Shown here: positions 1-11,224 of the stretch, piece after piece
Layout of the letters: each line of letters begins with the position of its first letter
How positions within the stretch are numbered: position 1 is the stretch's first letter
Source of the DNA: Rhodocyclaceae bacterium
GTDB taxonomy: Bacteria; Pseudomonadota; Gammaproteobacteria; Burkholderiales; Rhodocyclaceae
Direction of reading: 5' to 3'
DNA: 64,000 nucleotides
Assembly: GCA_039807535.1 (NCBI GenBank)
Contig: JBDHRL010000002.1
Location: 3,757-67,756 of the forward strand
Program-made: the position numbers and the translations under genes
Notes under the pieces: model-generated
What the model was told of the DNA's origin: nothing
The model's database searches: none
What the model saw: the letters and a program-made list of their open reading frames with translations, nothing else

Positions 1-484
1 TGACGACGGCGCAGTCGGCGTCGAAGGCGTTGACCGCGTCGAGCCGGCCGCCCAGGCCGACCTCGAGAATGACCGCATCGGCGCCGGCCGTCGCGAAGGC
101 CTGCCACGCCGCCAGCGTGCCGAACTCGAAATAGGTGAGCGGCGTGTCGCCGCGCGCCGCCTCGACGCGCGCAAAGGCGTCGCAGAGTTCAGCGTCGGAA
201 GCGGGCCGTCCGCCAACGCGCACCCGCTCGTTGTACGCCAGAAGGTGCGGCGAGGTATACAGCCCGGCACGATAGCCCGAGCAGAGCAGGATGCGCTCCA
301 GCATGGCGCAGGTGGAACCCTTGCCGTTGGTGCCGCCGACGCTGATGACCGGCACGGCCTGCCCGATGCCGAGCGCCCGTTTCACGGCAAGGACGCGCTC
401 GAGTCCCAGCACGATCGGCCGGGCGTGCAGGCGCTCGATGTGCGTCAGCCAGTCCTGCAGGGTATTGGGGGCGGGGGACGTCAG
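1..484 (-). CDS. folC: Folylpolyglutamate synthase/dihydrofolate synthase, 5' part (runs off window start)
   Basis: Frame reads LTSPAPNTLQDWLTHIERLH...VGGTNGKGST...LEVGLGGRLDAVNAFDADCAVV; follows accD. No ATG at the N-terminus; CTG at 484 assumed as start. Confidence 0.93.
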   Translation of the reverse strand, partial: MTSPAPNTLQDWLTHIERLHARPIVLGLERVLAVKRALGIGQAVPVISVGGTNGKGSTCAMLERILLCSGYRAGLYTSPHLLAYNERVRVGGRPASDAELCDAFARVEAARGDTPLTYFEFGTLAAWQAFATAGADAVILEVGLGGRLDAVNAFDADCAVV

Positions 485-486
485 GA

Positions 487-1347
487 TCAGACCGCGGGGA
501 TTTTTTGCAGCAAGGTCAGCAGCGAAGCCAGCTTGTCGCGCATCTCGCGCCGGTCGACGATCATGTCGAGGGCGCCTTTCTCGAGGAGGAACTCGGCGCG
601 CTGGAAGCCCTCCGGCAGCTTTTCGCGCACCGTCTGCTCGATGACGCGCGGGCCGGCGAAACCGATCAGCGCCCCCGGCTCGGCGATGACGACGTCGGCG
701 ACGAAGGCGAAGCTGGCCGAGACACCACCCATGGTCGGATCGGTGAGAATCGAGATGAAGGGCAGGCGATGGGCCGACAGCTGGGTCACGGCGGCGGTGG
801 TCTTCGCCATCTGCATCAGGGAAAACAGGCCTTCCTGCATGCGCGCGCCGCCGGTGGCGGTGATGCAGACGAAGGGCATCCGCTGCTCGACGGCGATGCG
901 CACGCCGCGCACGAAGCGCTCGCCCACCACCGAACCCATCGAGCCGCCCATGAAGTCGAACTCGAAGGCGGCGATCACCGCCGGCAGGGTTTTCACCGCC
1001 CCCTGCATCACCACCAGGGCATCGCCCTCCTCCGTCTCGTCCGCGGCGGCGTTGAGTCGCTCGGGGTAGCGCTTGCTGTCCCTGAACTTGAGCGGATCGA
1101 CCGGCAGCACCTCGGCGCCGATCTCGAAGCGGCCTTCCGCGTCGAGCAGCAGGTCGAGCCGGGCACGCGCACCGAGGCGATGGTGATGGCCGCACTTCGG
1201 GCAGACGTTGAGGTTCTTCTCGAGGTCCGAGCTGTACAGCGTCGCTTCGCAGTTCGGACACTTGCACCACAGTCCCTCGGGAATCGATTTCTTGGCGCCC
1301 TCGGCACGCTTGATCTTGGGCGGAAGCAGTTTCTGCAGCCAGCTCAT
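487..1347 (-). CDS. accD: Acetyl-CoA carboxylase carboxyltransferase beta subunit
   Basis: [13 protein letters not shown]; zinc finger CKCPNC...CPKCGHH; [28 protein letters not shown]. Confidence 0.97.
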   Translation of the reverse strand: MSWLQKLLPPKIKRAEGAKKSIPEGLWCKCPNCEATLYSSDLEKNLNVCPKCGHHHRLGARARLDLLLDAEGRFEIGAEVLPVDPLKFRDSKRYPERLNAAADETEEGDALVVMQGAVKTLPAVIAAFEFDFMGGSMGSVVGERFVRGVRIAVEQRMPFVCITATGGARMQEGLFSLMQMAKTTAAVTQLSAHRLPFISILTDPTMGGVSASFAFVADVVIAEPGALIGFAGPRVIEQTVREKLPEGFQRAEFLLEKGALDMIVDRREMRDKLASLLTLLQKIPAV

Positions 1348-1555
1348 TGGACCTTCCCCCCATCCCCCTTCCCAGGGAAGGGGGTGACGTTGATTCGCGG
1401 GCCACGCCCGCCCCGGGTTACTGGCTGCGCCGCCCTTGGGGGCCGCGCGGAAGCGTCGCGCCTCGGAACGTGCGCAGCGGAGCGCGGCAATAATTCGGCT
1501 CCACTGCGCAGCTTCGCAGGCGCGGGCGTTACGCCGAATTCCCGGCGGACGGCGC
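1348..1555. repeat. Structured intergenic element, copy 1 of a dispersed repeat (copy 2 at 59536-59644)
   Basis: CCCCATCCCCCTTCCCAGGGAAGGGGGTGACGTTG resembles CCCCATCACCCATCCCGGGAAAGGGGATGACGCTG at ~59549-59583; internal 13-bp inverted repeat 1471-1483/1498-1510 with 1 mismatch. Confidence 0.55.
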
Positions 1556-2379
1556 TCATCGCGCTTGCTCCCTGACAGCCGCGAGTTCGTCGAGCGCGGT
1601 GCGAATGCCGCGCAGGAAAGCCGTGACATTCGCGGCGGCCTGCTCGCGCGGACTTTTCTCGATCTCTTCTATGATGCGACTGCCGATCACCACCGCGTCG
1701 GCCACCGCGGCAATGCGGCGCGCGCTCTCGGCGTCGCGGATGCCGAAGCCGACGCCGACCGGCATGCCGACCTTGGCGCGGATGGCCGGAATGCGCCGCG
1801 CCACCTCGTCGAGGTCGAGGTGCCCGGCGCCGGTGACGCCCTTCAGCGAGACATAGTAGATATAGCCGCTGCCGATCTCGGCGACCTGACCAAAGCGCCC
1901 CTCGGACGAGGTCGGCGCCAGCAGGAAGATCGGATCGATGCCGGCAGCCTTGAGTTTGGCCGCGAAGCCGCCACCCTCCTCGGGCGGATAGTCGACCACC
2001 AGCACGCCGTCCACCCCCGCCTGCCGCGCCTCGGCGGCAAAGGCATCCGCGCCCATCGCCTCGACCGGATTGGCATAGCCCATCAGCACCACCGGCGTAT
2101 TCGCGTCGCCGGCGCGGAACTCGCGCACCATCGCCAGCACCTGGCGCAGCGAGACACCGTGCTTGAGTGCCCGCTCGGAGGCGCGCTGCACGGTCGGCCC
2201 GTCGGCCATCGGATCGGAGAAGGGCACGCCCAGCTCGATGATGTCGGCGCCACCCGCCACAAGCGCACGCATCAGCGGCTGCATCAGGGCGGGGTCGGGA
2301 TCGCCGGCGGTGACGAAGGGAATCAGGGCCTTGCGGCCCTGTGCGGCGAGCTTTTCGAAGGTCTTCTCGATGCGCGACA

Positions 2380-2380
<1 letters not shown>
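1556..2380 (-). CDS. trpA: Tryptophan synthase alpha chain
   Basis: MSRIEKTF...[38 protein letters not shown]; start overlaps trpB stop (TGATG). Confidence 0.97.
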
Positions 2381-3556
<1,176 letters not shown>

Positions 3557-3579
<23 letters not shown>

Positions 3580-4189
3580 CTCTCACTCCGGCTATGAACG
3601 CAGCGATTTTGCCCGCGTCCTTGATTCCCTTGGCGGTTTCCACCCCGCTGCTGACATCCACCGCCCACGGCCGCACGGCATGCACCGCCTCGGCCACGTT
3701 GCCGGCATCCAGCCCGCCTGACAGGATCAGCGGCAGAGGCAGGCGCGGCGGGATCAGCGACCAGTCGAAGGTCTTGCCGCCACCGCCGTAGCCATCGACC
3801 CAGGCATCGAGCAGCAGGCCTTGGGCGGAAGGATAGGACGCCGCGTATTTTACCAAATCGAGGCCCGGCCTCACCCGCGCCGCCTTGATGTAGGGCGCAT
3901 GGAAGGAACGGCAGAAGGACTCTTCCTCGTCGCCATGGAACTGCAGCAACTGGATCGGCACCGCCTCCATGACGCGCCGCACCGTCAGCTTGGTCTCGTT
4001 CACGAACAGGCCGACCAGTATGACAAAGGGTGGCACGACGCGGGCGATCTCCCAGGCCTGCTCGACCGTCACATGGCGCGGACTGGGCGGATAGAACACC
4101 AGGCCTATGGCATCCGCGCCCGATTCGACCGCCGTTCGGGCATCCTCGGGCCGGGTGATGCCGCAGATCTTGATGCGGGTTCTTGGCAA
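3557..4189 (-). CDS. trpF: Phosphoribosylanthranilate isomerase
   Basis: [34 protein letters not shown]; TTG start inferred just after the truA stop. Confidence 0.95.
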
Positions 4190-4190
4190 G

Positions 4191-4985
4191 CTAAAAGGCC
4201 GTCGGTGGAAAAGGCGCGATGATACGGCCATTCATGGGCAACTGCCAGCACGCCTCGTACTCGACACCGGACAGATACAGGCCGTGCGGCGAGAAGGTCG
4301 GCGCCGCCCGGCTGCGGTCGCGGCCGGCGATCAGCTCGGCGATCCAGTCCGGCGCATGCGCACCCTTGCCGACATGGACGAGGGCGCCGACCATGTTGCG
4401 CACCATGTGGTGCAGGAAGGCGCTGGCGCGGAAGTCGAAGACGATGCAGTCGCCCTCGCGCCGCACCTGCGCCTGGTGCAGCGTCTTCACCGGCGACCTG
4501 GCCTGGCACTCGGCAGCGCGGAAGGCGGAGAAATCCTGCTCGCCGAGCAGCAGCGCGGCGCCGGCGCACATGGCGTCGGCGTCGAGCGGCAGGTGGAACC
4601 AGCCGACCCGGCCATGCAGGAGCGCGGGGCGCACGGCATGGTTGTAGAGCACGTAGCGGTAGCTGCGCGAGCGCGCGGAGAAGCGCGCGTGGAATTCGTC
4701 CGGCACTTCGCGCGCCCAGCGCACGGCAACGCTGTCCGGCAGGAGCGCATTCACGCCGCGCACCCAGGCGTTTTCCGGCCGGGCGACAGGCGCGTCGATA
4801 TGCGCCACCTGGGCCGCGGCATGCACGCCGGCATCGGTGCGTCCGGCACAGATCGTGCGCACCGGCGCGCCGGCGATTCCGGCCAGCGCCCGTTCCAGCG
4901 CGTCCTGCACGGTATTGCCCTGCGGCTGGGTCTGCCAGCCGGCAAAGGCGGCGCCGTCGTACTCCAGCCCCAGAGCGATTCTCAC
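4191..4985 (-). CDS. truA: tRNA pseudouridine(38-40) synthase
   Basis: GTG start; RIALGLEYDGAAFAGWQ, AGRTDAGVHA, FLHHMVRNMVG. Confidence 0.96.
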   Translation of the reverse strand: MRIALGLEYDGAAFAGWQTQPQGNTVQDALERALAGIAGAPVRTICAGRTDAGVHAAAQVAHIDAPVARPENAWVRGVNALLPDSVAVRWAREVPDEFHARFSARSRSYRYVLYNHAVRPALLHGRVGWFHLPLDADAMCAGAALLLGEQDFSAFRAAECQARSPVKTLHQAQVRREGDCIVFDFRASAFLHHMVRNMVGALVHVGKGAHAPDWIAELIAGRDRSRAAPTFSPHGLYLSGVEYEACWQLPMNGRIIAPFPPTAF

Positions 4986-5590
4986 GCTACAGCTCCGATG
5001 AAGATTGCCACCGCAAAAGTCAGTCCCGCCAGCACGGCGAAATCGGCCTTGCCCAGGGAAAAATCCGGCAGGCGCAGCCGCAAAGGTTCGGCCGCAATCC
5101 CCTCGCCCTGCAGCCATTCCCGCCAGTGCCGCCCGGGAAGGGATTGTTCGGCATATTGCATCACCAGCATCAGTCGCACGGCCACGCGGCCGCGGTCGAG
5201 CCCCAGCCAGGCCAGGGGCAGCAGCAGGCCGTAAATGCCGGCCAGCAAACCCTCCATGCCTGTCCTGTGAAGCAGGATCGCCAAGGTGGCCAGCACGATG
5301 AGCAGCCGCATCAGGTGTTCGAGCCCGAGGCGAATCCCCTCCTGCGTCGGGCCAAGACTGCCCAGGACAGGCAACACATACACCCCCGGCGTGGCCAGCG
5401 CAAAGAGCAGGACGAGCGAGGCAATCAGCCAGCGGGTGCGCAGCAGCAGCAAGGCAAGCCGCTTCGGCGCAAGCCACGCGGCCCCGGCCAATGCCGCGGC
5501 GCAAGCCGGCGCCAATCCGGCAATCGGCAAATACTGGGCGAGCGTAGCCGCAACGCTCCAGGAGAGGAGGCGAACGGTCGGATGCAGCAT
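4982..5590 (-). CDS. Membrane protein, CbiQ/ECF transporter T-component-like
   Basis: 202-aa hydrophobic ORF (LRTRWLIASLVLLFALATPG; RVAVRLMLVMQYAE); stop overlaps truA start. Confidence 0.65.
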   Translation of the reverse strand: MLHPTVRLLSWSVAATLAQYLPIAGLAPACAAALAGAAWLAPKRLALLLLRTRWLIASLVLLFALATPGVYVLPVLGSLGPTQEGIRLGLEHLMRLLIVLATLAILLHRTGMEGLLAGIYGLLLPLAWLGLDRGRVAVRLMLVMQYAEQSLPGRHWREWLQGEGIAAEPLRLRLPDFSLGKADFAVLAGLTFAVAIFIGAVA

Positions 5591-5633
5591 GGAATTGGGC
5601 GGCGGAGGGCATGGCGCCCCCCGCCGGGCGGTT

Positions 5634-8492
5634 TCAGCTCAATTTGGCGAGCATGGCCTGCGCCTTGGCCTGTTGCTCGGCATTGCCTTCCCTGGTCACT
5701 TCAGTCAGCAGCTCGCGGGCGCCTTCCTTGTCTCCCATTTCTTCATAGGCCTTGGCCAGTTCGAGCTTGGTCGCGACTTCATCGCCCATGGCGGCTTCCG
5801 CTGCGGCAGCCGGCATGCCGAGATCCAGATTGATGGCGCCGAGATCGACGGCCGGCTCTGCCGCCGGCGCGGGCCTGGGCTCGGCGGGCGCTCCGAGATT
5901 GAAGTCGAAGTCGATGGTGCTTCCGCCTGCGATGGTCTTTTCGAGATCGACCACTTCTTCGGTTGCAGCTGCGGCGGCGGGCGCACCAAGGTCAAGATCG
6001 AAATGCAGGCCTTCGCCAGCCCCCGCATCGGCAGGCTCGTCGAGCTTGATGTCCAGCGCCAGATCGGCCGCCGGTGCCTGAGCCGCCTTGCCGGCCTCCA
6101 GAATCATGGTTGCTTCCGGGTTGTACGCCGGTTCGCTCTCGGGCCGCTTGCTCTCGGCCGGCTTGAAATCCAGGCCGAGATCGAAATCCAGTCCGGCCGG
6201 AGCCTCGGCCTGCGCGGGCGCGGGTGCCGCCGGAGCCTGCGGTGCTGGCGCCGCCGGTGTGCCCAGATCAAGGTCGAAGTCCAGCGCTGGCGAGCCGGCC
6301 GCTTCCTCCGCTGCGGATTCGACCGGCCTTTCCAGGATAACGGTTCCCGTGCCGCCTTTTTCCACGGCCTCGGAAATCTGGCTCAGTTCGCCGGGCATGG
6401 TCCAGGTATCGCGCAGCTGCTTTTCCCCGGTCGGCACGACAACCGTCGAATCCGTTTGAATGGTTTGCTTCTCGCTCGCCGCACCGCCGCCGTAAAGCGG
6501 GTTCGCCGGGTCGAGCTTCAGGCCCATGGCCGCAGCCTTCTCCCAGTCACCGCCGACACCGCCGGTCTGGGCGTAAAGATCGCTCGCAAGGGTTTCAAAC
6601 TGCTTGTTGTTCTTGCGCCCGGCGTAGATTTCCAGCAGCTTGACATGAATGGCGGTGCGGGTCGGATCGGTCTTCAGCGCGTCGAGGAGGATCTCCTCGG
6701 CCTGCGCATCGCGGCCGTAGGCCATGTACACATCGGCCTCCGCCACCGGGTCGACGCCTTCGTCGGCATCGATGGCGCTGATGGAGGCCTGGCTGAAATC
6801 GGTCGCCATCGAACTGCCCGTGGTATCCACGCTCTGGCCGCCCGTGGCGCCGAATACGGAATTGGCGGTCAGATTGGCGGAGGTTGTCGTCGGGGCCTCG
6901 CCGACTTCCTGCAGCTTCTTCTTCTGGCGCTGGCGGTAGGCGACAAAGCCCAGCAGACCGAGCACCAGCACACCGCCGCCGAGGATGGCCGGATTGCCCA
7001 GCATCTCGTCGAGGAAATCCGGTTCCGGGGGCGGAGGCGGCGGGGGAGGCGCTTTCTTCGGGGCCGGTTTGGGCTGCTCCGCAGGCTTGGCGGCCGCAAT
7101 CGGTTCGGCAGGCTTCTCGACCGGCTTTTCGTCTGCCGCAGGCGACGGCGCGGCGGCAGGCGGCGCTTCGGGCGCTTTGGCCGGCTCCGCCGGTTTCTCG
7201 GCGGGTTTTTCGGTTGCCGCAGGGGTCGGCGCGGCGGCAGGCGGCGCCTCGGGCGCCTTGGCCGGTGCTGCGGCGACAGGCAGCTCGGATTTCTTCACTT
7301 CGGGGGCGGCGGCAGGAGCGGGTGCCGACGCTGCCTTGGCCGCTGCCTGTTTCTGGAGCTCGGCCAGATTCTGGTTTTTCAGCTCGACCAGCTTCTGCAA
7401 CTCCTTGACGTTCTTCTCGAGTTCCGTCTGGCGCGATTGGGCCTCCTTGAGCGCCTTCTCCTTGGCAACCAGATCTTCTTCCAGCGCGGCTATCTTGCCC
7501 TGCGCCAGGCGGGCATCCTTGGCCTCGGCTTTGGAAACCCTTAGCTGGTCCTTCGTTTCCGCCGGGGCGGCCGCCTTTTCTTCGACCTTCGCGCCGATCT
7601 TGCCGGTGGCAACCTGTTTGGCGGCCTCTTCCTGCGGCGCCTCCGCACCGGCTGCGGCCGCCGCCAGCTTCTGGCGGTAGGCATTGAAATCCGCGGTATG
7701 GGCGGAAATCGTCTTGTGCGCGTCTTTTGTCTCGACCGCTGCGGCAGTGTCGCGATCCGGGATGTTCAGAATCTTGCCCGCCTTCAGGCGATGGATGTTG
7801 TTGCCGATGAACGCATCCTTGTTGCTGCGAAAAATCGCCACCAGCATCTGATCCAGGCTGACGCCGTCGTACTGGCTCTCGGCGGCAATCTTGCGCAGGT
7901 ATTCGCCCTTCTTCACTTCGCGGCCTTCTCCCGCGGGCTTGGCCTCTTCGGTTTTCTCGATGCGCGGCTTATCCTCGGCGCGAACCTCGGGTTGCTTGGG
8001 CGCCGCTACCGGGGAAGGCTGGGCCGCGGCAGAGGCATCGCGCTTTCCGACCGGAGCCGCGACAGGTTTGCGTGCCAGAACTTCGGGCGCCGGATCGAGC
8101 AGAAACGTGTACTCGCGCACCAGACGACCGGCCGCCCAGTCCAGCTCGATCAGCAGATTGAGGAAGGGTTCGTTGATCGGGCGATCCGTCGTCAGACGGA
8201 TCACTGGACGGCTGCCGGAACGCTTGTCAAGCACCAGCTTGACGCCGGCCAGCGCCGGCACGAATTCGATGCCGGACTGCCGGAAAGCCTCATGCGAGGC
8301 GAGGTGCGCCGACATCGAAGAGAGTTCTTCGCGCGAGGCCGACAGTTCGATTTCCGCGCGCAAGGGCTGTCCCAAGGCCGAGAGGACCGTGATCCGGCCC
8401 AATCCTGCCGCATTGCCGCCCATCGGCAGGACCGCCATGGCAGCTGCCAAAACCAATGCCTTGAATGAGAATTTCAGGAATTTTTTATGCAC
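5634..8492 (-). CDS. fimV: FimV/HubP polar landmark protein
   Basis: GLGRITVLSALGQPLRAEIEL N-terminus, LysM-like segment, coiled coil, TM helix, DPVAEADVYMAYGR TPR, C-terminal VATKLELAKAYEEMGDKEGARELL. Confidence 0.95.
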   Translation of the reverse strand: MHKKFLKFSFKALVLAAAMAVLPMGGNAAGLGRITVLSALGQPLRAEIELSASREELSSMSAHLASHEAFRQSGIEFVPALAGVKLVLDKRSGSRPVIRLTTDRPINEPFLNLLIELDWAAGRLVREYTFLLDPAPEVLARKPVAAPVGKRDASAAAQPSPVAAPKQPEVRAEDKPRIEKTEEAKPAGEGREVKKGEYLRKIAAESQYDGVSLDQMLVAIFRSNKDAFIGNNIHRLKAGKILNIPDRDTAAAVETKDAHKTISAHTADFNAYRQKLAAAAAGAEAPQEEAAKQVATGKIGAKVEEKAAAPAETKDQLRVSKAEAKDARLAQGKIAALEEDLVAKEKALKEAQSRQTELEKNVKELQKLVELKNQNLAELQKQAAAKAASAPAPAAAPEVKKSELPVAAAPAKAPEAPPAAAPTPAATEKPAEKPAEPAKAPEAPPAAAPSPAADEKPVEKPAEPIAAAKPAEQPKPAPKKAPPPPPPPPEPDFLDEMLGNPAILGGGVLVLGLLGFVAYRQRQKKKLQEVGEAPTTTSANLTANSVFGATGGQSVDTTGSSMATDFSQASISAIDADEGVDPVAEADVYMAYGRDAQAEEILLDALKTDPTRTAIHVKLLEIYAGRKNNKQFETLASDLYAQTGGVGGDWEKAAAMGLKLDPANPLYGGGAASEKQTIQTDSTVVVPTGEKQLRDTWTMPGELSQISEAVEKGGTGTVILERPVESAAEEAAGSPALDFDLDLGTPAAPAPQAPAAPAPAQAEAPAGLDFDLGLDFKPAESKRPESEPAYNPEATMILEAGKAAQAPAADLALDIKLDEPADAGAGEGLHFDLDLGAPAAAAATEEVVDLEKTIAGGSTIDFDFNLGAPAEPRPAPAAEPAVDLGAINLDLGMPAAAAEAAMGDEVATKLELAKAYEEMGDKEGARELLTEVTREGNAEQQAKAQAMLAKLS

Positions 8493-8525
8493 CGCGTCCC
8501 CCTCGCGGAGAGTTTCCGAACAAGT

Positions 8526-8554
8526 AACATAACATCATGAGCTTAGCTATGCAA
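8526..8554 (-). promoter_or_regulatory. Putative sigma70 promoter of fimV
   Basis: Minus strand TTGCAT (8554-8549), 17 nt, TATGTT (8531-8526). Confidence 0.45.
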
Positions 8555-8699
8555 GCTAAACTTTCTCATTACATTTTGGCCAAATCTGACGGGAAATCAA
8601 CCCGTTTTTGGTGGCAGGGCGGTCCGGTCCAGTGGCCATGCCGCCAGGCTGTTGATCTATTTTGAACGGATCGGAGAGCAATGCCGGCCCGCTTGCAGC

Positions 8700-9812
8700 T
8701 TACGCTTCGAGCAGAATCCGCAGCATGCGCCGCAGCGGTTCCGCGGCACCCCACAGCAGTTGGTCGCCGCAGGTGAATGCGCCCAGGTAGTGCGGTCCCA
8801 TGTTGAGCTTGCGCAGGCGCCCCACCGGTACCGACAGGGTGCCCGTCACTGCCGTCGGCGTCAATTCCCGAATGGTGATGTCGCGATGATTCGGCACCAC
8901 TTTCACCCAGTCGTTCGATTCGGCGATCATGCCCTCGATCTCGGCGAGCGGCATGTCCTTCTTCAGCTTCAGGGTAAGGGCCTGGCTGTGGCAGCGCATG
9001 GCGCCGACACGTACGCAGATGCCATCGACCGGCACCGGATTGGATTCCCGGCCGAGTATCTTGTTGGACTCCGCCTGTCCCTTCCACTCTTCGCGACTCT
9101 GGCCGTTCTCGAGTTCCTTGTCGATCCAGGGGATCAGACTGCCGGCCAGGGGCACGCCGAAATTCGCCGTCGGAAATTTTTCTTCGCGCAGGATGCCGGC
9201 CACCTCGCGGTCGATGTCCAGAATGGCGGAAGCCGGGTCGTCGAGCAGCCCCTTCGCCACGCGATGCACCTCGCCCATCTGGGTGAGCAGTTCGCGCATG
9301 TTCTGCGCGCCGGCGCCGGAAGCCGCCTGGTAGGTCATGGCACTCATCCACTCGACAAGGTCGCGCTGAAACAAGGCGCCGACTGCCATCAGCATCAGGC
9401 TGACGGTGCAGTTGCCGCCGATCCAGTTGCGACCACCGCGCGCCAGGGCGTTCCTGATGACATCGAGGTTGACCGGGTCGAGGATAATGACTGCGTCGTC
9501 CTTCATGCGCAGCGAGGAGGCGGCGTCTATCCAGTGGCCGTTCCAGCCGGCGGCGCGCAATTTCGGGAAAACCTCGCCGGTATAGTCGCCGCCCTGGCAG
9601 GAGATGATGATGTCCATCGCCTTGAGCGCATCGACGCTGCGGGCATCCCGCAAGGGGGGCACGTCGCGGCCGATGGCCGGACCCTTGCCGCCCATCTGGG
9701 AAGTCGTGAAGAATACCGGATCGATCTGATCGAAGTCCCGTTCTTCCAGCATGCGCTGCATCAGCACGGAACCGACCATGCCTCGCCAGCCCACCAGTCC
9801 CACTCGTTTCAT
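8700..9812 (-). CDS. asd: Aspartate-semialdehyde dehydrogenase
   Basis: [55 protein letters not shown]. Confidence 0.98.
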   Translation of the reverse strand: MKRVGLVGWRGMVGSVLMQRMLEERDFDQIDPVFFTTSQMGGKGPAIGRDVPPLRDARSVDALKAMDIIISCQGGDYTGEVFPKLRAAGWNGHWIDAASSLRMKDDAVIILDPVNLDVIRNALARGGRNWIGGNCTVSLMLMAVGALFQRDLVEWMSAMTYQAASGAGAQNMRELLTQMGEVHRVAKGLLDDPASAILDIDREVAGILREEKFPTANFGVPLAGSLIPWIDKELENGQSREEWKGQAESNKILGRESNPVPVDGICVRVGAMRCHSQALTLKLKKDMPLAEIEGMIAESNDWVKVVPNHRDITIRELTPTAVTGTLSVPVGRLRKLNMGPHYLGAFTCGDQLLWGAAEPLRRMLRILLEA

Positions 9813-9840
9813 TTGCAAATCCCGGTTGCGTTGTTGTCGC

Positions 9841-10914
9841 TCACAGCGCGGCGATCACCGCATCGCCCATGGCCTGGGTGCCGACCTTCTTCATGCCCGC
9901 CTCGAAGATGTCGCCGGTGCGCAGCCCCTGCTGCAGCACCTTCTTCACCGCGCCCTCGATGCGCGCGGCGGCGGCTTCCTGGCCGAAGGTGTAGCGCAGC
10001 ATCATCGCCACGGAAAGTATGGTCGCCAGCGGGTTGGCCACGCCCTGGCCGGCGATGTCCGGCGCCGAGCCGTGAATCGGCTCGTAGAGGCCCTTGCCCT
10101 TCTCGTCGAGCGAGGCGGAAGGCAGCATGCCGATGGAGCCGGTCAGCATCGAAGCCTCGTCGGACAGGATGTCGCCGAACATGTTGCCCGTCACCATGAC
10201 GTCGAACTGCTTCGGGTTCCTCACCAGTTGCATGGCAGCATTGTCCACCAGCATGTGCGATAGCTCGACGTCGGGATAATTCTTCGCCTCCTCCGTCACC
10301 ACGTCGCGCCACAGCTGGGTGCATTCCAGCACGTTCATCTTGTCCACCGAGCAGAGGCGGCGCGAGCGCTTGCGCGCCGCTTCGAAGGACACCCTGGCGA
10401 TGCGGCGGATCTCGGATTCCGAGTAGATCATGGTGTTGAAGCCGACCCGCTCTTTCCCGTTCTCGCCATTGCGCGTCTCGATGCCGCGCGGCTCGCCGAA
10501 GTAGATGTCGCCGGTCAATTCGCGCACGATGAGAATGTCCAGTCCCGCCACCACCTCGGGCTTGAGGCTGGAAGCGTTGGCCAACTCGGAATACAGCACG
10601 GCCGGCCGCAGGTTGGCGAAGAGGCCGAGGTCCTTGCGGATGCCGAGCAGACCGCGTTCCGGCCGCTTCTCGCGCGGCAGCTTGTCGTATTGCGGGCCGC
10701 CGACGGCACCCAGCAGCACCGCATCTGCCTCGCGCGCCAGCTTGCGGGTGGCTTCGGGATAGGGATCGCCCGCCGCATCGACCGCGCAGCCGCCGAGCAG
10801 CGCCGTCTCCATCTCCAGCTTGATGCCGTCACGGCGCAGCGCCTCGATGACGCGCGCCGCCTGTCCGACGATTTCGGGGCCGATGCCGTCGCCCGGCAAC
10901 ACACAAACCTTCAT
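9841..10914 (-). CDS. leuB: 3-isopropylmalate dehydrogenase
   Basis: [60 protein letters not shown]. Confidence 0.98.
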   Translation of the reverse strand: MKVCVLPGDGIGPEIVGQAARVIEALRRDGIKLEMETALLGGCAVDAAGDPYPEATRKLAREADAVLLGAVGGPQYDKLPREKRPERGLLGIRKDLGLFANLRPAVLYSELANASSLKPEVVAGLDILIVRELTGDIYFGEPRGIETRNGENGKERVGFNTMIYSESEIRRIARVSFEAARKRSRRLCSVDKMNVLECTQLWRDVVTEEAKNYPDVELSHMLVDNAAMQLVRNPKQFDVMVTGNMFGDILSDEASMLTGSIGMLPSASLDEKGKGLYEPIHGSAPDIAGQGVANPLATILSVAMMLRYTFGQEAAAARIEGAVKKVLQQGLRTGDIFEAGMKKVGTQAMGDAVIAAL

Positions 10915-10954
10915 TCGATTCCTTTCAGTTCCGCAAACGCTCAGCCCGGAACGG

Positions 10955-11080
10955 TTACCTGGCCGCTTTCTCCACGGCCTTGCCGCCCGCCTGGATATCC
11001 TTGCCGACACCCTGGACCGTATTGCAGGCGCTCAGGGCAAGCGTTGCGATGAGGGCAATCAGCAGATTCAGTCGCTTCAT
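10955..11080 (-). CDS. Entericidin EcnA/B family small lipoprotein (41 aa, not in ORF track)
   Basis: Hand translation [41 protein letters not shown]; lipobox LSAC plus CNTVxGxGKDI signature. Confidence 0.9.
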   Translation of the reverse strand: MKRLNLLIALIATLALSACNTVQGVGKDIQAGGKAVEKAAR

Positions 11081-11224
11081 GATTCAATCCCCGGTGAAAA
11101 CGAATTCATGCTTTTCCGGAACATGCCGCAAGGCGGCATGAAGGCGGCAGGATTCAGGGCAGCGTTCCGGAATGCATGTGAATTATAGCGGAACCCAGCC
11201 TGCATTGCGGCGGTGCAGCAGGGT

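Noticed and set aside
7020-7340. Ala/Pro/Lys repeats in fimV (APAKAPEAPPAAAP x2, polyproline)
   Set aside because: Ordinary low-complexity linker for FimV.
8655-8680. TTGAT motifs near 8662 and 30505 as FNR boxes
   Set aside because: The second half-site ATCAA is missing at the required spacing.
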